Shown here one piece after another: positions 54,153 to 64,000 of a DNA stretch of 64,000 nt; position 1 is the first letter of the stretch; each line of letters starts with the position of its first letter. A program made the translations under genes and the position numbers. The notes under the pieces were generated by a model. The model did no database searches and was not told the origin of the DNA. It saw nothing but the letters and a program-made list of their open reading frames with translations. This DNA is from Eledone cirrhosa (Eukaryota), in assembly GCA_964016885.1 (NCBI GenBank), contig OZ024742.1, positions 72,292,001-72,356,000 of the forward strand, in the 5' to 3' direction.

Positions 54153-54379
54153 CAATGAAAGAGTACTGGATGAATGATCCAATCAAAACCCCAATAAATT
54201 GCAACCATAACAGACTAGATATAATGATATGGTACAAAGAAAAGGCATGCACAGTAGTGGACGTCGGCTGTCCAGCAGATGCCAATATAATATTAAAGAT
54301 TACCGAAAAGGAGAATATCTAGGCAGAAATAATGAGGAATCTGCTGATTATATATATATATATCAACTAAAAATTGATT

Positions 54380-54457
<78 letters not shown>

Positions 54458-54584
54458 AATCTACCAAAATATACGGTAGTGTCCAATCCGTATGAAGAAC
54501 TCAATGTAATCCAAATATCATGAAAAGAGAAGATGTATTCAAAATGTTTTCGATGAAAAACACAGGAAAACAGAGTCAAGATAA

Positions 54585-54962
54585 ATTAATAAAAATAATG
54601 AATAAAAACCAAGAAACAGTTCCTTATATTAAAAAATTCATCATTTTACGATCGTTTCTAGGATATATGTGTGTGTGTTGGTATGTATATCATATAGATC
54701 TATGTAAAATTTTTACAAACTATCAGAAGGAATGTACATACCTACACATATATATGCTGTCTTCGGAAATAATTATTTCTGAAGACAGCATATATATGTG
54801 TAGGTATGTATATTCCCTCTGATAGTTTGTAAAAATCTTACATAGATCTATATGATATACATACCAACACACACATATATATCCTAGAAACGATCGTAAA
54901 ATGATGAATTTTTTAATATAAGGAACTGTTTCTTGGTTTTTATTCATTATTTTTATTAATTT
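54585..54962. repeat. Near-perfect palindrome of about 380 bp
   Basis: Centre gtcttcggaaataattatttctgaagac at about 54773. Confidence 0.92.
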
Positions 54963-55077
54963 ATATATATATATATAAAATAAACATATGAAACAATCAC
55001 AGAGAATAATTTGTAAAGTGTGTAAGCACACACAGGTAACTAATTAAAGTTTAACTAGAACTTCAAATATATATACC

Positions 55078-55374
55078 TTTTAAAATGAGTTATCTCCTTT
55101 GTATATATTTCATTAAATAAAGAAATATATTCCACCATCAATCGGTAAATCACTAGTCAAATTACGGATGTTCACCAAAGGAGAAGATCCAACTATCTGT
55201 GTTTACACAGCAAATGCAAATCTGTGAATGACTCGTACCACGTGCTGCATTTTTTTTTAAATACACACATCGCACAGCGTCATCCCAGTGGCGTGAATAG
55301 GATTTACCGATTGATGGTGAAATATATTTCTTTATTTAATGAAATATATACAAAGGAGATTAATCATTTTAAAA
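55078..55374. repeat. Inverted repeat with arms of about 75 bp
   Basis: 55078-55151 versus 55301-55374. Confidence 0.8.
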
Positions 55375-55579
55375 GCAGCTCAGTAGTAACCAATGATGTT
55401 GATCTTTTCTTCTTTTCGGGTTATAGCTACTGTCGCTCAGAGAGTGGGGATTGGCTCAGTGCACAGTCTTTCCTCAATTTAAAAAATATCTTCACGCACA
55501 GGCTTTGCATGATAGAATTAATTAATAATTATTAATCATGGTATATCGTGCAATGGCCATACTCGATAAAGAAGGAGCA

Positions 55580-55621
<42 letters not shown>

Positions 55622-55785
55622 TTTTAATATACAGACATGTAAACATGCCAGAAATAGCCGAGTCCAGAAATAGCGGTCGAAACGGCTTGAGCTCTGCCGT
55701 CGGGAGTCTTGAACATTTTCCTATATATATATATACAACAGAAGGCCAGACTGAAAATTTAATCCAGAATTATAATTCCATGAAA

Positions 55786-55855
55786 TCACTATACATATTT
55801 CGATGGCCCAGCTCCATCCGATTATGATGCAAGACAAGGCGATCTCATCAGATGT
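55786..55855 (-). ncRNA. Hammerhead motif
   Basis: CAU-CUGAUGA-GAU...AUC-GAAA-UAUGUA-UA-GUG. Confidence 0.6.
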
Positions 55856-56180
55856 CATCTGCAGAATTATGTAACAGGATTACGTTGAATCTGCGATGGA
55901 TGATTTGCATAACATTGAGTGCTTTAATCAACTTGTTACATCATAGTTTACCAATCCGAACCACCTGTTCTACCCATTGGTAAGCAACCTAACATAAATT
56001 ATATATATATATTTATTCATTTATTTATATATTTATTTATGTGTGCATGTGTGCGTGTGCGTGTGCGTGTGCGTGTGTGTGTGTGTGTGTGCAAAAGGCA
56101 AATAGAAATAACAAAGCAAACGACACAGTACAATGAAGAAATATATTATTAGCTTTACGCTTGATATAGAAGGAAAGGAA

Positions 56181-56216
56181 TCTTAACGTTTCGGACGCTC
56201 GCCCTTCATCAGAAAA
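56181..56216 (-). ncRNA. Minimal hammerhead (31.7-kb family)
   Basis: UUUU-CUGAUGA-A-GGGC-GAGC-GUCC-GAAA-CG-UU-AAGA. Confidence 0.7.
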
Positions 56217-56484
56217 TATGAGAAAATATAATGAGAAATGAAAGAAAATATAATGAGAAATTAAAGAAGAAATGGAAAGATTGGGGAGGCAGGCAGTGAT
56301 GGAAACGAAAAAAAAAACCGGTCCATTCATGTCGCCATCTCTAGGAGAAATGGAATGTGAGATGAAGACGGTGAAAAGGGAGTATTCGGAAGGGAAAAGT
56401 GGAGGAAAAGCGGTAGTGAGTCTTTGTATGATGGCAAAAAGCAAAAAGCTATCAGAAAATCCAGTGATCCGAAAAGTTATCCAA

Positions 56485-56558
<74 letters not shown>

Positions 56559-56635
56559 CGCAGTCTCGGTTAACCTCTCTGTATATATACAGATATAACT
56601 GTAACGTACAGTTCAGCAGCTTGGCGCACTTCTTA

Positions 56636-56767
<132 letters not shown>

Positions 56768-56880
56768 AGAGGAGGCTGGACTGGTGTAAATCCTTGAAAG
56801 GTTTATTATACTATGATCATTTCAATGATCGGGTTCCATATGAATCCGGTGATCCATCAGGTATTCGAAATATAACAAAG

Positions 56881-56924
<44 letters not shown>

Positions 56925-57514
56925 CGGGCATTAAATGATGCTGTTTATATATTGTGTTCTTGTTGGACCTCCGTCGTTTCAGGCGGTGAGTGCTCTAATT
57001 CAATCAACGGAACAACAAAGACCCGAATATCACAGCTGGCAATGACTTTCTAGAAACCCTTTAATTATACAACAACAACAACAACAACAGCAGCAGCAGC
57101 AGTAGCAGCAGCAGCAACAACAACAACAATAATAAAATAACAACAACAGTAGCAGCAGCAGCAACTTCAACAAAAACAATAAAAACAACATCAACAACAA
57201 CACAACACAGCAACCATAATAACACCCATCACTATAACAAAAACATAACAGCCATCACTGCAGTAGTCAGCCATTAAAGTAGCCTCTATATGTTTGTTCG
57301 ATCTGCTATAGATAACAGTCAAATCTCCATATTAATCACAACCAATCGTCTCAAATTGAAAATATTACATTGGGTAATGTGGTACTAAATGTAAAACGTT
57401 ACAGCTTGATCAACTTAGATCATGATTCTGCTGGATCAGGGCTGACCCAGGAGTTAAACAACAACAACAACGATGACAACAACGAATAATTGAATAACAC
57501 TCAACGATAAAATA

Positions 57515-57732
57515 TTGGTTTCTATTTTAGGCACAATATCAGCAAATGTGGAGGAAGGGCAAAGTTGATTAAATTAACTTCAGTACTTGACTGCTACTTT
57601 ATCTTATCGACCCCGAAAGGATGAAAAGTAAATTTGACCTCGGTGGGGTTTGAACTCAGAACGTAAAGAGCCAGAAGAAATACAGCAATGGCATTTTCCC
57701 CATGCTCTACCGATTCTGCCAATTCACCACAA
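57515..57732 (-). mobile_element. SINE, older copy of the same family
   Basis: Same core sequence on the minus strand. Confidence 0.75.
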
Positions 57733-57800
57733 TGATGAACTATTAAAGTCAATTGCAAGATATATTTTATAGAAAAAAAAAGAATATTGTATTTACTCAC

Positions 57801-57969
57801 ATACTCTATGTAGTAGTAGTGGTGGTGGTGGTGGTGGTAGTAGTGGTGGTGGTGGTGGTAGTGGTGGTGGAGACTAAAGAACGACAGACGCTGTTAATAT
57901 CTGTGACTTGTCTCTAGTGCTTCTCTCAGCTATCTGTTCCTGATCTTTCTCCAAGCAACACTATTTAAA
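57801..57969 (-). promoter_or_regulatory. Candidate core promoter and non-coding first exon of the lectin gene
   Basis: TTTAAATAG at 57969-57961, Inr-like TCAG 28 nt downstream (57941), GTGAGT donor at 57800, in otherwise unique-looking sequence. Confidence 0.35.
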
Positions 57970-58829
57970 CCACAGACTTAAGGATACGTATTTCACAACA
58001 AATTTACTATAATTCCTGTTTACTTTTCATTCGACTCGTATTTCGTTATTTCACACACCAAAGACGAAAGTGTAGTGTAGTGGTGTGGTGGTGCGGTGGT
58101 GTAATGGGGTGTGTGTGTGTGGTGATGCGTGTGCGCATATATGTTGTGATATGGTATGGTGTGGTATAGAGAAGATATGACGAAAGGGTGTGGTATGGAA
58201 AGAGTATTGTAAGGATGTTGTAGGGGTGCAATTGGTGTCGTGTGGTATGTGTTTGCATCGTGGTTTAGTACGATGTGTTGTTGTTGCTGTTATTGTTGCT
58301 AATGTTGTTATTTATATCTAAATTGACCCCACTGAAGCAGACATAACCAGCCATAATTATCCTATATGTTTATGATATAATATATCTAGAGCTACATTAG
58401 TCAAAATCCCTATCCTTTTAAAGACAGTACAGTGTGATTTCGATGAGTTTGGGTTGCTACAACTAGCAGTTCAAGTGATAATATGGAGGCTATCTTGTAG
58501 GTTCATGGTATGTGGCAGTGTGTTAGCCCTTTTATGGTCTTATTTGTATTTAAATACATTCTATTTCAATTAATTTATGAAGAAGTTTACTAAAATTATT
58601 TATATTTAGTACTCGTAAGATGTTGAGGCCTCAAATATATGGTGGTAAAAGTATACCAACAATTTATGAAGTAGTGATAATATTACGGTCACCATTAATT
58701 ATGCAGTAATAAAGCATGCAGGAACAATTCAGAAAACCAAAACTGGGTTTATCAATTGTCTAGAAGAGCTGCGTAATAAGATATCCCATTTTTATATTTA
58801 TCTTACATGATATTACTGTAACATAAGGG

Positions 58830-59162
58830 TAAAGATCCCCTTCGGTTATGAATGACCATAGGATTTGTACCCAGAAAGTTCTTCTCCGAGGTACAAATCC
58901 GGGTAAGGTTTTTTGTGGAAGACGAACAGTCACTCATGCACACTGGTCTCCCCTCTCCACGCCACTAGTGTTGTCCAAGGGAAAAGCAATGACCGATATG
59001 GGTTGGCACCAATGACTTTGCAGCTCATTTCTACTGCTGAGTAAACTGGAGTAAAGTGAAAATACAGTGTCTTGTTCAAGGACATAACGCATCACCCGGT
59101 TTGAGAAACGAACTCACAACCTCACGATTGCAAGCCCAACGCCCGAACTACTAAGCCATATT
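58830..59162 (-). mobile_element. tRNA-derived SINE, second family
   Basis: tRNA-like head (ggcttagtagttcgg...gtgagttcgtt) and core gtccttgaacaagacactgtattttcactttactccagtttactcagc. Fragments at about 18405-18490, 60535-60605, 60880-60960 and 61023-61110. Confidence 0.75.
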
Positions 59163-59779
59163 CCTTGCTGTAATACAGAAGACTCGACTTCCCACGGGTA
59201 CAACCCGAAGCAGAAGCATATAGACAATATGCCCCCACTCCCTCCCACTGCAAAGTGGTCGTGGAGGTGTCACGACAAAAAAATCACCCAGTCCACACTG
59301 TAAAGTGGTCGTGTAGGCACCACGGTAAAAAAGCACCCAGTACTCACTATAAATAAGGTTGGTGTTAGGAAGGGCATCCAGCTGTAGAAATCAAACCAAA
59401 AACAATTCCCGTATGAGCAAGACATTCAAGGTCACTTCGGTTAGCCTTTAATGTCGTTGAATTTTACAATTAGTTGTCGCGTGGCCATAAGATTCTGGAA
59501 TGTTCTTAAAATATCCAATACGATGATGTAGAGAGAAGATTTAATGAAGGCTGACACCACCTACATAATGTGTCTAAAGTCCTGAGTGAGTCTATACTAA
59601 AATACTCTACAAAATATGGTTCTCATATAGAATTATATTGGAAGATTTAAATATGAACCTGTTTGGCTAGGATGATGCAAGGACCTGCTACGCGTTGTTT
59701 CTATAAGAACTTATAAATGAACTTAATAGATCGGTAATCATCCACATCCTTTAGATCAACAATAGTAAGATAGACATTA

Positions 59780-60210
59780 TGTTTCAGAAGGTCTTTGACC
59801 AGCCAGTTATCCTGCCAAATATTGTCATCTGTGATTTTATACAGCAATCCACTGAAAATTACAAATACTTATCATCTCAAACAGAATCTCAATTGACAAT
59901 GAAATAGAGAACAGGCTGTACAAAACCAATTATATTTACGGTCCTTTACGACAGCTCATCTTCGACATTATAGCAGTGGTTTGCTTGCCATTACTCATTG
60001 CTGAGAGAGTTGGACTCTAAACACAGTAGGAAACACAGAACGCAACTAGAAATCTTCTCCAAAGATCACTACGGCACATATTAAGGAGAAAGTGACAGGA
60101 CAGAGTAATCAGCGAGGGATTCCTATTGAAAGCAAAGAGTGCCAGTATTGAATACCTGGTAACCAAAGCACAGCTGAGACTGGAGGGACATCTTGTACGC
60201 ACGACCAGCT
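59780..60210 (+). mobile_element. Decayed RTE-clade LINE
   Basis: DNEIENRL...LRHILRRK*QDRVISEGFLLKAKSASIEYLVTKAQLRLEGHLVR. Confidence 0.65.
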
Positions 60211-61574
60211 TCTTAAGGCTGTTTTATTTTTATTCAAAGTTGCAAATGCGAGTCCAACGACATAGAGGATAAACGAAAAGATACAGTGGTCAAAACAGGC
60301 TCATAGTGAAATGGTACCAGATAACCCAATCAGAATAATTGCCCAAAAATCACAGAAGGCACACTGACTAGAGAAAAAGAAAACTGAACCACGCTACCAA
60401 ACACCGGAAACAACTATTAACCGCTATGACTCTCGTGTGTCTTGTGTTAGACTAACGTCGGTTCCGACGGCGAGTATTCCGGTTAATTGATCAACGTTCA
60501 AGTTAACTCACACGAGCACTCAAACGCAATTCTCACGATCGTAAGATCATGAGTTCCATTCCCATCGACACGTTCTAGCCTTGAGCAAGACACTTTACTT
60601 CACGTTAAAACCAAGCTTATCACACACTATATCACGCCGAATCTCCCTAAGAACTACGTACAAAGATCACAGAGGCTAGCCATGAACTATACAGACACAC
60701 CAATTAGGAGAAACGGACAAGGGAAAATTGATTCACTTCCGACGGCGAATGTTACAAGTTAATTCACAGACACGGACACCTTTACTGTAGTTCTTAGAGA
60801 GATTCAGCATAACATATTGTGTGACAAGGCTGGAACTTTGAATAACAGATACAACTCGTTTATTTTGTAGCTGAATGGAATGGGGCAATGTGAAATAAAG
60901 TACTTTACGCAAGGAAAGAACGCGCCACGTGGAATTGAACTCACAATATTACGATCGTAAGCTTGCTCTTTCCAGTAGGGCAAGCGAGTGTCTATCTGTG
61001 TGTGTGTTGGGGGGGGGGGGGGGATCGTGAGTTCGATTCCGAACGGTACGTTACAAGACACTTTGCTTTACGCTATTCTACTCGGCTCAGCAAGCGAAAA
61101 CATGAGTTGTACCTGTAAATCAAATGGCTAGCCTTGTCATTCACTGTGCCACACTGAACCTCTCACCGAATCAGTGCCACACAGAATTACGTTCAGTGTA
61201 CACATGTCTGTAAAATGCTTTTTCACTTGCACGTTAATTTCAAGAGCTGGCTGTTACGTTACTCAAACGATTCGAACACTCGTCGTCGTAGCCGATAGAC
61301 ATTCAACGCATGTCAGAATTTGTATGTTTACCAATATTGCATCAAATTTAATTTTAAAATATAGCGATACGAAACCCAGATCTTTGGTGAAAAAAAAATG
61401 TGTTGTGGTATTCAAAGGGCGTGGTGTAATGTGTGTCAGTGCATGTGGAGACGTTTTGCTGGAAGGAATACTTATACACAAGTACACATATATACGCACA
61501 CACAGATACATACTTATATATGTACACAGACGCTCGCCCATATACACAAACATACATATATATTTATATATTAA

Positions 61575-61641
<67 letters not shown>

Positions 61642-61879
61642 AACATGGGGAGAAGAATACTGCATGGTTGCACATGGATTACATATTATAAAATTAGTCC
61701 CTCATCAGTGATTTGCCAAGGATCATTGGTATTTCATCGCATTAAAAATCAGATACCTCAGGTTGGTGCGAGCAATAACTAAAATAAGCTATTGGGACAA
61801 GTGAAACGCGTAAAGCGAGTGAGACAAGTAAACAACATAGAAGGAAAAGCTAACCGAAGATGGGAAGAAAAACAAGCAG

Positions 61880-64000
61880 CATGGTTATTCGATCAGAATA
61901 CAGCAGAGTTCGAGCGAAGTCGTCGTGTTGTCAAAGTTTGAAAAAAGCGGTGAGTGAAGTTTCCTTTGGTGAGATCGATAGCTGAGCAGCTGTTGCATCG
62001 TTGAAATACACCCGCTGACGGGGTGTCGTTGGTGCAGTGGGAAGCCAAAAATGCACCAAAAGGCTTCATTGCTGCTAATGTATCGGCCTGCTTGGTAATC
62101 AGATACCTCGTCTCTACTGTTTTCATGACGAAGACCAAAGACGGCAGCATCCGATCCCTTGCTTACGTACTTACAAACGTATTTAATTGATTTTACTGAG
62201 TTGCAAAATTCGACGTTTATATGGGCGTTGAACGTTTTCAAGAGGAGGGGGCAATATGGCACTATTCAGCTGTTGTCGATTTCTCGTTCGCCAACTTTTG
62301 CTGCGCCTATACAACGGATATCCGTCACCGCCAGTCTGTGTTTCCTGTAAACACGGCCTGGGATATCGTTTTGTACACTTTCCGTCGTGTATGCACGGGG
62401 ACTTCATATTGGGTCCATGTCCGCAAGGACCATGGACCATGTTTGATGTGACTATAGAGAAGAGGTCCTTGTCAATCGACGGATCAGGTAGTTCGGCAGA
62501 AATGAATTTGTCGATGTAGTTTGAACTGATTTTTGTAACCAACCAAATCAAGATATGGGCATGCGGCAGCCCTCGTTTCTGCCATTCAACCGTGTATATG
62601 TCGCACCTGACAGGCCCAAAAACCTGTCCTTTCTTTAATAAATCCATTAATTTAGATAATTACAGTCGAAACACTCTTGCTATGAGATCGTGCCTGTGTC
62701 TTGGCGCTTGACCGTGGAACAGTTCGGTTGAATCTCCTTCCACTTGGGATTGCATGTAAACGTTATGAAAAAGTCGGGGCGCCCATAATGTCGTACGTAA
62801 GTCATGGCGTCCTGAGTCCTCTCGTGCATGTATCGGGGTCCCCCTGTGAACGTTGAAGGCAAAATACACACTTGCCCTAAATTGTCTGGGGATACGTCGT
62901 TATTAATTCCATTGCGTAGATGAATCTAGCATTCAGATCGAAGTTTCTTTTGATTTAATTTAATGAACCATAATCTCTCGGACTCCATTTTAACGGCCAT
63001 ATCAACAGCAAATTGTTGGAAAAGGTCCTGAGAACGGTGTAGATGGTTGAATGAATTGTCCCTGACTATAAATTGGAAAGCTTAGAAATCCATGGAGGTG
63101 ACAGTTTTGCTAAGATGTGCCTCACCATTGCCTGCTGAATGTTGAGGAATGCCGAAATGGTATCCGTCCTCGCCGTTGACAAATAGCAATGGATACTGGA
63201 GTGCATCGTAGGACCTGTGTGTCTCATTGATACGCTGTAATGTGCTGTCTCGGTGCTGTTCACAACAAATAACCGCAGCAATCTCATTACATGTTGGTGC
63301 GTTGAACCGACCAGCGTGTTCTCCAGATGGCCTTCGGTCAGCATGTATGACGACACGAAAGTTTTGGTTGGTGGCTGTCTCCAAAGCATACTTGAAACTG
63401 TGAATATAGCTGTTTTTGTCATGAAGCATTTCTTGAAGTTTTATTATCGTTTCAATGTTAGTTTCGGACGAAATAGAGTTTCGCATCTCTGCCTGCTCCT
63501 GATAGTTTCCAACGAAGTATAACTGAAGAAATTGAGGATCCTTTTCTGCCAGAGGCTGAATAGACCCAATCAAGTGGACCTTGAAAGTTGGCATGCACCC
63601 ACGTTCCGAGGCAAGCTTTGCTCCGAAGGATGTCATCTGAAACGCGGAATTGTATTGGGGGGGGATATTACGCAGAAACTTCGATGATTCCTCCGTCGTG
63701 TCTGTCAAAAGGAGTTGCAATGTCTCTAGAGGGTCGTGAATAGGAGGTAGTCTAACTTTACCATTTGAACAGCACATTCCATCTCTCTCCTCTGGCCACT
63801 TTTCGTACGACAAAACTGGCAAGTAGAGGTCATTTCCCCAATTTGAATATCTGCATGGACGGCGTAGTCGGAGGAGGGGTCGTAGTTAAAGGCCTTCAAC
63901 AACCATCGTGGATTGCAAGTCCTAGAAATTCCATGTAACGATGATCGCCGCTGTTCACTTTGCAGAAGTCGGCCACGTCGTTGCTCTATGGTTTCAGTAT
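61880..64000 (-). mobile_element. Helitron Rep (HUH endonuclease) region, disrupted, continuing beyond the window
   Basis: MCCSNGKV, YNSAFQMTSFGA, YDALQYPLLF, PDFFITFTCNPKW, VEWQKRGLPHAHIL, HGPCG, GYPLYRR, AHINVEFCNSVKSIKYVCKY, GRYISSNEA. Confidence 0.93.

Noticed and set aside
58830-59162. tRNA genes
   Set aside because: The tRNA-like heads are fused to SINE bodies and lack a complete cloverleaf.

Overview
This is animal nuclear DNA, not microbial. The SINE families and dense microsatellites suggest an octopod cephalopod (inference). The window is mostly intron of a minus-strand secreted or cell-surface F-type lectin (FTP) domain gene, with a signal-peptide exon at 18161-18240, a lectin exon at 1557-1790 and a possible non-coding first exon near 57.8-57.9 kb. 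The introns are filled with transposons: Helitron remnants at both ends, a Tc1/mariner relic, an apparently intact L1/Tx1 LINE sitting between two diverged relatives inside (GATA)n, several lineages of Penelope-like elements (PLEs), an R4/Dong-like remnant, RTE remnants, tRNA-type SINEs and a non-autonomous LTR element. Three patterns stand out. First, about 20 hammerhead-ribozyme motifs from many PLE families, many with self-complementary stem III. Second, a dozen fold-back (palindromic) elements, mostly next to (TA)n, several built from PLE termini. Third, apparent (GATA)n target specificity of the Tx1 family. Everything was read by eye, so coordinates of repeat ends are approximate.
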